Below are positions 37,886 through 48,159 of a DNA stretch of 64,000 nt, piece after piece. How positions within the stretch are numbered: the stretch's first letter is position 1; each line of letters starts with the position of its first letter. Both the position numbers and the translations under genes were made by a program. This stretch comes from an uncultured Rhodopirellula sp. (GTDB taxonomy: Bacteria > Planctomycetota > Planctomycetia > Pirellulales > Pirellulaceae): NCBI GenBank assembly GCA_964007735.1, contig CAXGAI010000010.1, forward strand, positions 1-64,000, given 5' to 3'. The notes under the pieces were generated by a model. The model ran no database searches, was not told the DNA's origin, and saw nothing but the letters and a program-made list of their open reading frames with translations.

Positions 37886-39025
37886 TTAGCCTACATTGTG
37901 CCATGAGCTGCTGTTAGCAGAAGCCAACACCGCATCACAAACTTTCTGAGTCTCCAGAGCATCCCGGAAGGTCGGGCCAGCTGGTTCGCCAGTTTCCAAA
38001 CTTTTCAGGAAGTCAGCAACCTGATGAACGAAGGTATGCTCGTAACCAATTTGCAAACCTGGCACCCACCAGTTACTCATGTATGGATGGTCACCATCTG
38101 TGACATGAATACTCTTCCAACCACGTACCGTACCAGCATCACCATGATCGAAATATTCAAGACGATGCAGATCATGCAAATCCCATCGCAGAGAACCTTT
38201 TTCACCATTAATTTCCAGGGTATACAACGCTTTGTGGCCGCGAGCATAACGAGTCGATTCGAACAATGCGAGTGAACCATTACTGAAACGCCCCATGAAA
38301 GTACAGGCGTCATCAATAGTGACCGGCATCACCTCACCTGTATCCTGATGAACACGTTCCTTGATAAATGTCTCAGTCATCGCTGAAACGGAATCAATCG
38401 ATCCATTAAGCCAGATCGCCGTATCGATGCAGTGAGCCAAAAGATCACCTGTCACACCCGAACCAGCAACCGAAGCATCCAAACGCCACAGGGCTTCGCC
38501 ACCTTGTGGCAAGTCTGTGGAGATCGTCCAGTCCTGAAGAAATTGAGCTCGGTAATGGAAAATCCTTCCCAACTTACCTTCGTCAATCAACTGTTTCGCC
38601 AGAGTTACAGCAGGTACGCGACGGTAGTTGTACCAGACAATGTTTGGCACACCAGCAGCTTCCACTGCAGCACACATTTCTTCGCCTTCAGCAGCATCCA
38701 TCGATAGCGGCTTTTCGCAAAGAATCATCTTGCCCGCTTCAGCACAGGCCAATGCAATCTCTTTATGTAAATTATTGGGAGTACAAATATCAACCGCATC
38801 GATGTCCTCACGAGCAACTAAAGCCCGCCAGTCCGTCTCAATCGATTCATAGCCCCAAGTGTCAGCAAATGCCTGAACTCGTTCAGCATTTCGTGCACAA
38901 GCCGCTTTCAGCACCGGTTTATATTCGAGATCGAAAAAATTGTTCACTTTGCAGTAAGCGTTGGAGTGTGTACGACCCATAAAGCCGTAACCAATCATTC
39001 CGATATTAAGTGGTTTCTTAGCCAT
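37886..39025 (-). CDS. Gfo/Idh/MocA oxidoreductase, levoglucosan-dehydrogenase-like
   Basis: [44 protein letters not shown]. Start at ATG 39025. Confidence 0.88.
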   Translation of the reverse strand: MAKKPLNIGMIGYGFMGRTHSNAYCKVNNFFDLEYKPVLKAACARNAERVQAFADTWGYESIETDWRALVAREDIDAVDICTPNNLHKEIALACAEAGKMILCEKPLSMDAAEGEEMCAAVEAAGVPNIVWYNYRRVPAVTLAKQLIDEGKLGRIFHYRAQFLQDWTISTDLPQGGEALWRLDASVAGSGVTGDLLAHCIDTAIWLNGSIDSVSAMTETFIKERVHQDTGEVMPVTIDDACTFMGRFSNGSLALFESTRYARGHKALYTLEINGEKGSLRWDLHDLHRLEYFDHGDAGTVRGWKSIHVTDGDHPYMSNWWVPGLQIGYEHTFVHQVADFLKSLETGEPAGPTFRDALETQKVCDAVLASANSSSWHNVG

Positions 39026-39085
39026 TATTATTTTCTCTTTATTTCTATCCAGCTCCTTAAAAGCCGGAATCTGAATCATTTGTTA

Positions 39086-40123
39086 CTAAAATTCATTCCA
39101 ACCATGGGCATCACGAACATCAACCATTGATTTGAGGATGACGTTCCATGTTTCCGGATTTTCCAGCACTGCATTCGAGAACATGCAACCATCCCAGCAA
39201 ATATGCTGAATGCCACGTGAAGTGGCGTCCTTCAACCAGTAGCCAGCGGTACGAGTGATATCCAGTTTGCCGTTGGGATCATCCGCTCGACAATGTTTAC
39301 CAGTCTTGTCATGCGAGCCTGCGCCATGAACCGTGCCATCGTTCTGGGCCACATGAAAGTCAATGGTCCAGGGACGCAGTTTATCGGTCATTATTTCATA
39401 AGCTGCGTAAAACTCTTCGTCTGTATAACCTTCCTGCAACAACGCATGCTCAGCAGCGTTATAACCCATTAAATATAAATAGGTATGTGCCTGATCAGCC
39501 TGGAAGCCAAAGCTCTCTGGCTTACCAACCGCTTCAAGAACATCTAGCATGTCCTTCCAGCTATGCATACCTGCCCAACAAATCTCGCCTTCACAGGCCA
39601 GACGCTCACCATGAGCCTCTGCAATCTCAGCAGCTTTCGTGAAGGTATCCACAATTCTAGCTGTATTGGCAACCGGGTCTTTGCGCCATTCTTCTACACC
39701 AAACTCGGCTGAGTCGATTCGAATTACACCGTATTCACGAATGCCGTGATCATTGAAAACACTAGCAATACGACAGGCTTTCTTAATCGCATCCAGAAAC
39801 TTAGCCTGCTGTTCATCGTTACCCATCGCTGAATCGCCAACAGTACCAGGCCAGACCGGAGCAACCACTGAACCAACTTTGAGGTTGTAACTACCAATCA
39901 GGTCAGCAATTTCCTTCAGCTCTTCATCACTGGAATCAGGGTCCGTGTGAGGGTGGAAAAGAAAGTAATCCACCCCCTCAAACTTCTGCCCGTCTACTTC
40001 TGCCGCAGCTGTCAACTCCAGCATTCGCTTAAGACTGATGGGTGGTTCTTGACCTTCTTCATCACCTTTACCCACCAAACCGGGCCACATTGCGTTGTGT
40101 AATTTTGGAAATAGATTTGTCAT
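39086..40123 (-). CDS. Xylose-isomerase-like TIM barrel protein
   Basis: [18 protein letters not shown] and WDGC metal-site pattern; sugar-catabolism gene context. Confidence 0.8.
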   Translation of the reverse strand: MTNLFPKLHNAMWPGLVGKGDEEGQEPPISLKRMLELTAAAEVDGQKFEGVDYFLFHPHTDPDSSDEELKEIADLIGSYNLKVGSVVAPVWPGTVGDSAMGNDEQQAKFLDAIKKACRIASVFNDHGIREYGVIRIDSAEFGVEEWRKDPVANTARIVDTFTKAAEIAEAHGERLACEGEICWAGMHSWKDMLDVLEAVGKPESFGFQADQAHTYLYLMGYNAAEHALLQEGYTDEEFYAAYEIMTDKLRPWTIDFHVAQNDGTVHGAGSHDKTGKHCRADDPNGKLDITRTAGYWLKDATSRGIQHICWDGCMFSNAVLENPETWNVILKSMVDVRDAHGWNEF

Positions 40124-40327
40124 GTCTCATTCACTCCTGTTAGTCGTTGGATGAACGTCGTGTTTTATGAAAAACGGAAGGCCAGAGAGGCTTCCCGTCA
40201 GATTAGTTTTTATAAATGCCCATTTTGGCGAGATTATCGTGCGTCTGTATGACCTTGTTCTTCGGCGATTAAATTTTAAGCGAGTCTCGCAAACCCTGAA
40301 AGGACTTTCGAAAATCTCTACTGTTCC

Positions 40328-41503
40328 TTAACGGGCACACCAGCCTTTTTGAGGCTTCGCATGAATGATTGGATCCGCTTTTGTCTGCAAGACAGCAATG
40401 CGTCCTTCTGCTTCTGAGACCTGTTTGTCAGTAATGAGAAACCGCATGGTCAAACCGAGGCTGGCCGAGCCATTCGGGTCGAGTTTGAGCACTCGACCTT
40501 GTTCCCCTTCATAGGTCCTGGGGTTGGGATAATTAGTTCCAGGTTCAATGCCAGTAACAAACCCATCCTCCAAAGCCGTTGTATTCTTCCAAACGCTAAA
40601 GCAAGGTAGTTCTGACGTCTTGTAGCCAAGACTGACTCCCTGAGTGCTATGAGCATTCTTTAACAGTATCTCTGTATTGTCGTCATCGTCACCAAGACAT
40701 GTGAGGAAATAAACCTGCTCTTCAAAACCCGGTTGAGCAGCCTGATAGCTATCCCAAGTCTCAATTCCACTGGCAGCGTGATCATTGCGCGGTACAAGTT
40801 CATTGATTGGAGCCACAACTTTAGCACCGGCGTCTAGTAGAGGGTCACCGAAGTTAGCATGGTAAAGTACCTGAGCTTCTGCAGGACTGGCAGAGAGATT
40901 TTTAACTGTATCATTGATTGCAATCGCATTATCACCGAATTTGGTGGTAATCGTCGTTTCCAAACTCAGCTTAAAGAAATGAAATCGTGTTTCAACGACG
41001 ACACCTGAAATGGAAATCGTTCCCGCTTCAGGATCAACCGTAAGAGCTGCCTTTTGAGCTGGCTTATTCCCAATACGTCCATGAAGAGGATACTTCAGAT
41101 TATTGGTGTCCTCGTCGAATTCCGGAGCACCATTACTTTCCAAACCACAACGCACCATCATCTCATCAAAACCATCCAGCCATCCCAAACCACTCGGCTC
41201 GTTCAGAGGCACGTATTTAGGATGAACCGGCCCCTGCACGGGCGACTTCCAACCAAAACTCTGGTTGCCAATCGTCGCAGTCGTCAAACTCATTCCACGC
41301 GTTAAGAGCACACCAAATGAGAGTTTACCATTATTGATCTCTACAACTTCTACTCCATCGCTCAGGCCACCGCGCAGAGTCTTCTTCGTTACACTCCACC
41401 CATCAGGGGTGCCAGCAATGTCTTGGGAAGAGACTTCTAAATGGTCGACGAACGTTCCGTCACTTACATCTGTGAGCTGCCAGGTTTTAGCGGCCATCAC
41501 CAT
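40328..41503 (-). CDS. Aldose 1-epimerase family protein (DUF4432-like)
   Basis: RGMS, CGLESNGAP, LHGRI, LYHANFG, GIEPG motifs. Confidence 0.82.
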   Translation of the reverse strand: MVMAAKTWQLTDVSDGTFVDHLEVSSQDIAGTPDGWSVTKKTLRGGLSDGVEVVEINNGKLSFGVLLTRGMSLTTATIGNQSFGWKSPVQGPVHPKYVPLNEPSGLGWLDGFDEMMVRCGLESNGAPEFDEDTNNLKYPLHGRIGNKPAQKAALTVDPEAGTISISGVVVETRFHFFKLSLETTITTKFGDNAIAINDTVKNLSASPAEAQVLYHANFGDPLLDAGAKVVAPINELVPRNDHAASGIETWDSYQAAQPGFEEQVYFLTCLGDDDDNTEILLKNAHSTQGVSLGYKTSELPCFSVWKNTTALEDGFVTGIEPGTNYPNPRTYEGEQGRVLKLDPNGSASLGLTMRFLITDKQVSEAEGRIAVLQTKADPIIHAKPQKGWCAR

Positions 41504-41771
41504 ACTCCAGTCATACAGGGGATAGTTATATCCTGTCGATTATAGACGTGTTTTTGAAGGAATTAAAGAAAGCAGAGACTTAGAACCCAGTTGATTAGTC
41601 TTTAATCAGCTAAGTATTGCTCACATTCATCTTTCAGAGGTTAATACGAGCAGAAAAGCTGAAACAGTTCGCCGGCATGCAGAGCTAGCATAGAACCACA
41701 TGTTGGTTCCGCGACTGTATCTTTGAGACTTCGGCAAAGAAAATTTCGATCTCTGGAATTCACCTTGCGAT

Positions 41772-42239
41772 TTACTTAGCACTACGGCCGTCAATATGGT
41801 AAATCGCCAAATGTTTGCCATCAGGGCCCTTGAACTCACTCACTTTAAAGACGCCCTCTACTGCCATCGGGCGCACAGTGAACTCGGCAGACGCCGAGCC
41901 CTGCATTTCTATGATTACACAGTCGTACAAAGCAGCGCCAGGGCCATAGCAACATTCCATGTTGTCACGAACAAGCACGAATTTTTTGATGCCAGACTGC
42001 TGGAAACTAGGTAACATATAGCCGCGGATACGTACCAACTGACCTTCCAGAGCCACAATCTCCCTTGTCAACATATCACGCTTAAACGGAGCGCCCTTTT
42101 CGATATCGAACTTAATCGTGTCGAAAGAAATATCCTTCAGGCGGTTCTTATCCGGCTGTTGCGATTTAACGGTCGTGACGAGAATCAGTACGACAAAAAG
42201 ACAAACGCATGATTTTAAGTGAGTCATCAGGAACTCCAA
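41772..42239 (-). CDS. Exported DUF3299-like OB-fold protein
   Basis: Signal peptide; LEGQLVRIRGYMLP...FVLV...CCYG...VEG. Confidence 0.78.
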   Translation of the reverse strand: MEFLMTHLKSCVCLFVVLILVTTVKSQQPDKNRLKDISFDTIKFDIEKGAPFKRDMLTREIVALEGQLVRIRGYMLPSFQQSGIKKFVLVRDNMECCYGPGAALYDCVIIEMQGSASAEFTVRPMAVEGVFKVSEFKGPDGKHLAIYHIDGRSAK

Positions 42240-42265
42240 ATCCGACTAATTGAAATCAAAGTACC

Positions 42266-43027
42266 TTACTTAATTCCATCAGCTTCGAGGCGATAAAAAC
42301 CACCCTGCAACTGCTTATCGCCGGTAGCTTCTTTCGTAGAACCAACAGCCAGATGCGGGGCTACATCAATCGTCATTGTACCCCAAACTCGGTGGCGTTT
42401 CATATCATACGTGAGTTCGTGGCCTGGCTTGAGCTCGACTTCGACCATATCCCATGGTTTAGGCTGCCCGCCAAAACAACAGGCACTTAGGTCTCCAACA
42501 AGTACAAATCGAGTAATATTCCCCAGTCCATTCACTCCAGGATGTACATATCCCTTGATAAAGATCGGTTTGTCATGATACTGAGCTGCTTCTTGAGAAA
42601 TTGGCGAGGCTGCCGTTGCGCCTTCATTGTCCAGCGTATAAAAGCTGATCCGATCATAACCCTCAGGAACTTCCGTCAAATAGACTATCGAAGCCCAAGT
42701 TCCACCTATCACCAAGAAAAGGGCACTCACAGAGATTCCGGCTTTCGCTAACTTTTCACCCGTTAGTTCAAAGCTGTTTCTTCGAATCCTGAACAATCCC
42801 AGCATGCCAAGCAGCAATCCAACAATCTGAATTGGAGCATAAAGGATAAATCCATCGGGCCCTAACAATACGAAAAATGCCAATCCGACTAATGCCAATA
42901 CAAGGGATACCACAGCCCAACTACTAAACGATCGATATTCACAAACATCGATCTCCTTTGAGTTGCTGGAAAACAGTTGGTAATCTTCATCCAAACCGTC
43001 ATCACTAAATAAACTATCTTCTGCCAT
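42266..43027 (-). CDS. Membrane protein with a DUF4190-like transmembrane region and a DUF3299-like C-terminal domain
   Basis: Three hydrophobic segments (AVVSLVLA...GEKLAKAGI), then IFIKGYVHP...FVLV...CCFGGQP. Confidence 0.72.
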   Translation of the reverse strand: MAEDSLFSDDGLDEDYQLFSSNSKEIDVCEYRSFSSWAVVSLVLALVGLAFFVLLGPDGFILYAPIQIVGLLLGMLGLFRIRRNSFELTGEKLAKAGISVSALFLVIGGTWASIVYLTEVPEGYDRISFYTLDNEGATAASPISQEAAQYHDKPIFIKGYVHPGVNGLGNITRFVLVGDLSACCFGGQPKPWDMVEVELKPGHELTYDMKRHRVWGTMTIDVAPHLAVGSTKEATGDKQLQGGFYRLEADGIK

Positions 43028-43198
43028 TGATTTTACCGTGAGTGAAAAAGCAATACTCCCTTCTCGATATCGTCCTGCCGGTGGACAAAATGTGCCATGG
43101 AAGCAGATTTGATTCGCTCTGCTATAAAAATAGGTATTACGAACGAATTAACCGATAGAATCGAAACTGAAAAAGCCGAGAACAAATGCGTCGTCTGA

Positions 43199-44707
43199 CT
43201 AGCTGCCAGAACCGCTCATAATACGCCACTGAACAAATAGCAAACCAAGCCCGGCTAGAAATGGTACGCCCAAAGCGTACCAAAGGTTCGTTTCTTGCTG
43301 TGATTCTTCTAAGTTATCTTCAGCCGACGGCAATAGTGCCTGCTGCATGCGGTATGTCGGAGCTATGCCTGGCGTGGAAGGAATCGCAGTATCTTCAACT
43401 GTATCAATCGAACTTGTTCCGGCTGTGCTTGATTCTTCAGGCGTTTCTTGACTAGCTACGGGTATCTCAATTGCGGGAGCAGAGACAAAGGTTGCTTTGG
43501 TTGGTTTTTCAACCGAAGAACTCTTAGGATTTTTCGTTTCTCCACGACCACTGTTAGTTGGACCGAACGGGAAAAATGTATTCGCACGCTTGACGGCTGC
43601 GGGATCGATTTTTTCAAGTGCTTTGATTTGATTTTTAGCTTTAGGTAATGGGCACTGACGTAAGTAGTTAATCACAGGAACACGAACCCAACTTGTTTCT
43701 TCATCCGCATCTTTAAATAACTTCACCATACGATCGACCTGACTCCAATCCTCCCACCGCGCAAGGTCAGGAATAACCAGGTCTGCCAGTTGAGGACGCT
43801 CAAGCATATAACGCATGGAAACAAGAATACGCTCGCGTGGAATCACGTCTGACTCGGTCCCGTGAAATCGCAATGCCATCACGGCAGCATAGGTATCTGC
43901 ATATTCAGACTTTTTATTGCGAATAAACAAGTCCTCTATCAACTTCAGGCCATCAGGGCCTTTCAAAGTAAGATAGCAGCCAATCAATGCGTCCAGACCG
44001 GCCTTCTTCTTGCGATCCGATGAACTCAGCAGTTCTTCCAGCATCGGCAAGTCTTTTTCGGAACCACATACACCCAACATGGTGAGATATAAGCGTCGAC
44101 GACTGGCTGGGACTTCGGCATCCTGAATCCATCCGATCAGCTGAGTATGCTCCATTTTGGACTTTAAAGCTTTGACCGCATCATAAGGGCTATTAGCAAA
44201 TTCATCGTAAGAATCGCGAGCGAGTTCTTCATCTTCGTTTTCCAGGTACTTCTGAAAAAACTCAAGTCTGGCGACTGGATCTTTAGGCAGCGAATCAAGT
44301 TTAAGGATGTAATCCTGAGTTGTTTTGGCAACTTCAAGAGGAGTCGACCACATAAGCTTGGGGGGATCAACTGCCATCACTAAGAAGGTTGTACCCACTT
44401 TAGCTTCACCAAAATAAATTGCTTCAATCGACTGGGCTGATTTGACAAGTTCTTTCCCCTTGACGATAGTCACCACTTGAAACTTGGCGCGAGGAATCTC
44501 TTCGCCTTCAGCCAACTGAGTTCCTGGTTTGATCGGCGGAGGCAACTTCACAAGTTTGGCGAAAACAACAGCATCCATTGATGCCATTTCTTCTGTGAAT
44601 GTTTGTGTTGTCGCTACACAGAAAGGACATGCCTGTGTGTGAGAAGTACTCATCAACAAAGCAGCAAATAATGTGAGCACTGAAATGAAAACTGTTGCAA
44701 ATTTCAT
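43199..44707 (-). CDS. Exported, C-terminally anchored hypothetical protein with an N-terminal CPFC motif
   Basis: Signal peptide ending TQA|CPFC, helical core, Ser/Thr/Pro linker, C-terminal transmembrane helix. Confidence 0.8.
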   Translation of the reverse strand: MKFATVFISVLTLFAALLMSTSHTQACPFCVATTQTFTEEMASMDAVVFAKLVKLPPPIKPGTQLAEGEEIPRAKFQVVTIVKGKELVKSAQSIEAIYFGEAKVGTTFLVMAVDPPKLMWSTPLEVAKTTQDYILKLDSLPKDPVARLEFFQKYLENEDEELARDSYDEFANSPYDAVKALKSKMEHTQLIGWIQDAEVPASRRRLYLTMLGVCGSEKDLPMLEELLSSSDRKKKAGLDALIGCYLTLKGPDGLKLIEDLFIRNKKSEYADTYAAVMALRFHGTESDVIPRERILVSMRYMLERPQLADLVIPDLARWEDWSQVDRMVKLFKDADEETSWVRVPVINYLRQCPLPKAKNQIKALEKIDPAAVKRANTFFPFGPTNSGRGETKNPKSSSVEKPTKATFVSAPAIEIPVASQETPEESSTAGTSSIDTVEDTAIPSTPGIAPTYRMQQALLPSAEDNLEESQQETNLWYALGVPFLAGLGLLFVQWRIMSGSGS

Positions 44708-44779
44708 CGTTTCACCCGAACTCCGCGGAGGATGATTTCAAATAATTCGAAGTCAGCGCTTCGTCGAGCCAACATTATC

Positions 44780-44810
44780 AATAATACATTAGAGCTAGGT
44801 ATTATTTCAA
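44780..44810 (-). promoter_or_regulatory. Candidate internal promoter overlapped by an AT-rich inverted repeat
   Basis: Minus strand TTGAAA-N18-TATTAT; inverted repeat AATAATAC-N11-GTATTATT at 44780-44806. Confidence 0.4.
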
Positions 44811-44858
44811 TGACCTTGTTCACCCAACCCTGATGAACTTATGCCTTACGAACGCCCG

Positions 44859-46379
44859 TTATTTACCCAGCGACTTGGATACATCTGTTTTATAGGCACT
44901 AGTAGCAGGAATAAAGCCGACAATGATTGCCAGTAAAACAAGACCGGGAATCACAAGAAATTCCGAGGAAATCGAGTTCAAAACGGGAATTGGCAAAGGT
45001 GGAGCAAGTTCGAAGAAACCAATCTGCACTCCGGTTTGATCTTCAATGACTCCGCTGAAGGCAGCGATCAGCCCGTGTCCTCCAAGGATCCCCATTAATC
45101 CACCAACTAATGAAAGCACCATGGATTCAAGCAGCACGATGTTATAGACGGTACCCCGACGAGCTCCTAAAGCTCGCAATACAGCAATTTCACTACGACG
45201 ATCACTCATAGAATTATAAATACTCACAAGAATACTCACACCGGACATAAAGCAAATCAACACCGTCAAAACCAGAAGTAAAGTCTGCACCGGACTAACA
45301 AAGTAATCCAGGAGCCGGCGAATCTCGGTAATCGGGAAGACCGCCTGAGCTACGTTACCTTCATTCACCTGATTTTCAATCCCAATTGAATAGAGGGGAT
45401 CCATGCGAACCAGCATGGAAGTTACTTCACGCTTCTCGACAGGCAATATGTAATCCGCGTCAGTAATTTTGTGAGCGATTTGGTTCGTACCGAATACATC
45501 GTCTTCATTCTCTAAAGGTTTTGCATGATCACTCATGCGATAGAACCCTTCCATGTTAATGAAGACCGCTCTGTCATTAGGCGTGCCGGTGGATTCCAAA
45601 ATCCCTACAACGACAAACTTGGTTGCATGAGCATCGCCTTCGGCGGAACCGTGGGATGGATTGATCGTATCGCCAACTTTCAAACCACGGTCGTCAGCTA
45701 CGACTGAGCCTACTAAAGCTTCAAAGAATCCATTCTCTTCGGTGAAATAATCAAAGTTGCGGCCATTTCCATCCAATGCATAGTCTTGGTCACCCTTAGG
45801 ACCGTACTTCAATAAAGAAAACATATCAGGAGTTGTGCCTACGACTCGATAGGGCCCGACATAGTCACCCAGACATAATGGAATTGCAAAGTCGGTGAAG
45901 GCTGAATACTTTCCTTCACGCTTCCAAGGATAGAGATGTTCATGGTGCTGCTCAACGATTGCATCGGCAGCTAATGCAGTGACTATTGCTGCCGGAGATG
46001 TCATCCCAAATCCCGACGCTAAAAGAGTTACACGTGCTGCCTGTTGATGCTGCACTGCTTTGTAAGAGTATGACCCACTGTATTGTTTCTCTCGAACTTC
46101 CTGATTTTGAAATTCCAAATAATAGTCGTACGGAATATTTTCGATCGGCTCACTAAGATAGTAAACGGAATTCAAAACCAATTGCAGTTTACCCCCTTTC
46201 GCACCAATGACCATGTTGTAACCCAGTGTTGCATTCGCATTAAATGACTTTTGGACAATACCAAAGATCGCAAGCACGGCGACAACAAGACCAACCCCTA
46301 ATGCCATCGAGATCATCGTCAGAGTAGAGGAAAGGAATCGTTGTTTGATACTGCGAACAGCAATCGTCAGCAAATTCAT
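44859..46379 (-). CDS. ABC transporter permease (MacB/FtsX type, ZrgC-like)
   Basis: N-terminal TM, IGAKGGKLQLVLNSVYY, His-containing loop HGSAEGDAH, RRSEIAVLRALGA, three C-terminal TMs. Confidence 0.88.
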   Translation of the reverse strand: MNLLTIAVRSIKQRFLSSTLTMISMALGVGLVVAVLAIFGIVQKSFNANATLGYNMVIGAKGGKLQLVLNSVYYLSEPIENIPYDYYLEFQNQEVREKQYSGSYSYKAVQHQQAARVTLLASGFGMTSPAAIVTALAADAIVEQHHEHLYPWKREGKYSAFTDFAIPLCLGDYVGPYRVVGTTPDMFSLLKYGPKGDQDYALDGNGRNFDYFTEENGFFEALVGSVVADDRGLKVGDTINPSHGSAEGDAHATKFVVVGILESTGTPNDRAVFINMEGFYRMSDHAKPLENEDDVFGTNQIAHKITDADYILPVEKREVTSMLVRMDPLYSIGIENQVNEGNVAQAVFPITEIRRLLDYFVSPVQTLLLVLTVLICFMSGVSILVSIYNSMSDRRSEIAVLRALGARRGTVYNIVLLESMVLSLVGGLMGILGGHGLIAAFSGVIEDQTGVQIGFFELAPPLPIPVLNSISSEFLVIPGLVLLAIIVGFIPATSAYKTDVSKSLGK

Positions 46380-47089
46380 GACTCACACCCCTCCCCATCC
46401 ACTTCTGAAATACTGGCGGCCGCCTCAGCGGCAACGAGATTGATATTTTCGAGATAATCAATTCGATCAAACTGATCGGCGACTTCCATCGCATGCGTTA
46501 CCAAAATAAGTCCGATATCAGATTCTCCACACGCCTCTTTGATCAAAGAAACAATTCCCTGCTGATTGGCCGGATCGATATTAGCCGTAGGCTCATCGGC
46601 CAACAACAAGCGAGGACGATTCGCCAACGCCCGGGCGACCGCAACACGCTGTTGTTCACCCACACTCATTTGGTCAGGCTTGTGATCTAGGCGATGCCCA
46701 AGTCCAACTCGCTTTAAAAGCCAGTTGGCATATTTGTGATCCGGGGCATCTTTGGCAAAACTCATCCCAAGCAGAACGTTCTCCAATGCCGTAAAAGCTG
46801 GTAGCAGATTGAAGGTCTGAAAAACATAGCCAATGTTTGAGGCTCGAAAACGATCCCACATCGGCTCCGAAAACTTGGTCAGTTCCTGATCGAAAAAACG
46901 AATCTCTCCGGAATCGATACTTGTAATACCGGAGATCCCGTGCAGGAGTGTCGTCTTACCGCCTCCACTCCTTCCAAGTAGTACAACCTGTTCTCCGGCA
47001 TCTACCCGAAATTCCGGGATATCGAGAATTTCCAAGCGTTCACCGTTTGGTTGTACAAACGATTTTTTTAGATCTAAGATTTCTAGCAT
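46376..47089 (-). CDS. ABC transporter ATP-binding protein (LolD-like)
   Basis: GRSGGGKTT, MSVGEQQRVAVARAL, LLADEPT, VTH. Confidence 0.95.
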   Translation of the reverse strand: MLEILDLKKSFVQPNGERLEILDIPEFRVDAGEQVVLLGRSGGGKTTLLHGISGITSIDSGEIRFFDQELTKFSEPMWDRFRASNIGYVFQTFNLLPAFTALENVLLGMSFAKDAPDHKYANWLLKRVGLGHRLDHKPDQMSVGEQQRVAVARALANRPRLLLADEPTANIDPANQQGIVSLIKEACGESDIGLILVTHAMEVADQFDRIDYLENINLVAAEAAASISEVDGEGCES

Positions 47090-47210
47090 AAAAAGAACAA
47101 TTCAATGAGGGCCGTAAATGCTACGCATGTTCATTACACCAAGTTCATACAAATGTAGCACACATCCGGGCAATACCAAGCAAGAAAGAATTCTGCCATT
47201 CAGCGATTGC

Positions 47211-48128
47211 CTACGGCTCATCTTCTGCCATATCACGAGCATGGTAACTACTGCGGACAAACGGGCCACTGGCAACCTTCTTAAAACCCATGTTTCTCGC
47301 CGCATCCCCAAGGAATTTAAATTCATCCGGTGGGATATACTTTTCCACCGGTAGATACTTTTCACCCGGCTGCAAATACTGCCCTAAAGTGAGAAAATCG
47401 ACATCTTGATCACGTAGATCTGCAAACACTTCGAATAACTCTTCATGAGTTTCACCCAACCCTAACATCAAACCACTCTTGGTTTTGATATCGGGCCTCC
47501 GCTCTTTAATCCGACGAAGCATACTGAGTGTCCAGCGATAGCGGGATTTGGGACCGCGTACTTTGCGATAGAGTCGAGGGACCGTTTCAACATTATGGTT
47601 AAACACTTCCGGAGCCGATTCAATAACTCGATCTAATGCATCGAGATTGTCGACAAAATCCGGTGTAAGCACTTCAATGGTTGCTCCCGTACGCGCCCGA
47701 GTCTCCGTCACGCACTGGTAATAATGTTCAGCACCCCCATCGGGCAGATCATCTCGAGTCACCGAGGTAATAACAACATGCTTCAGCCCTAATCGATGAG
47801 CTGCTTCGGCAACACGTTGTGGTTCATCATCTTCCAGCTTGTCCGGCTTTCCTCGCCCGACAGCACAGAAGCCGCAAGGTCGAGTACAGACGTTGCCTAG
47901 GATCATAAACGTGGCCGTCAATTGGGAGTAACACTCCATTCGGTTGGGACATTTCGCATTGTCACAAACCGTCTCCAACCCAAGTTCTTCCATCAAACCT
48001 TGAGTAAAATGATTTGCATTTCCCTTCGGAACTTCACGACGCAACCAATCCGGTAACCGTTGACGACTTGATGACGCCGAAGGAGCTTCCACGATCGGAA
48101 GTTCAGGAAAAGATGTTTGAATATCCAA
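47211..48128 (-). CDS. lipA: Lipoyl synthase
   Basis: CDNAKCPNRMEC (CX4CX5C), CTRPCGFC (CX3CX2C), HNVETV, GQYLQP, RSSY. Start probably TTG 48128. Confidence 0.96.
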   Translation of the reverse strand: MDIQTSFPELPIVEAPSASSSRQRLPDWLRREVPKGNANHFTQGLMEELGLETVCDNAKCPNRMECYSQLTATFMILGNVCTRPCGFCAVGRGKPDKLEDDEPQRVAEAAHRLGLKHVVITSVTRDDLPDGGAEHYYQCVTETRARTGATIEVLTPDFVDNLDALDRVIESAPEVFNHNVETVPRLYRKVRGPKSRYRWTLSMLRRIKERRPDIKTKSGLMLGLGETHEELFEVFADLRDQDVDFLTLGQYLQPGEKYLPVEKYIPPDEFKFLGDAARNMGFKKVASGPFVRSSYHARDMAEDEP

Positions 48129-48159
48129 CCGTAATATTCCCGTTAGTGATGTAAACTTG

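Noticed and set aside
43084..43098. Sigma54 promoter (TGGCAC) upstream of the DUF4190/DUF3299-like gene
   Set aside because: The -12 element (TTGC at the required spacing) is absent.
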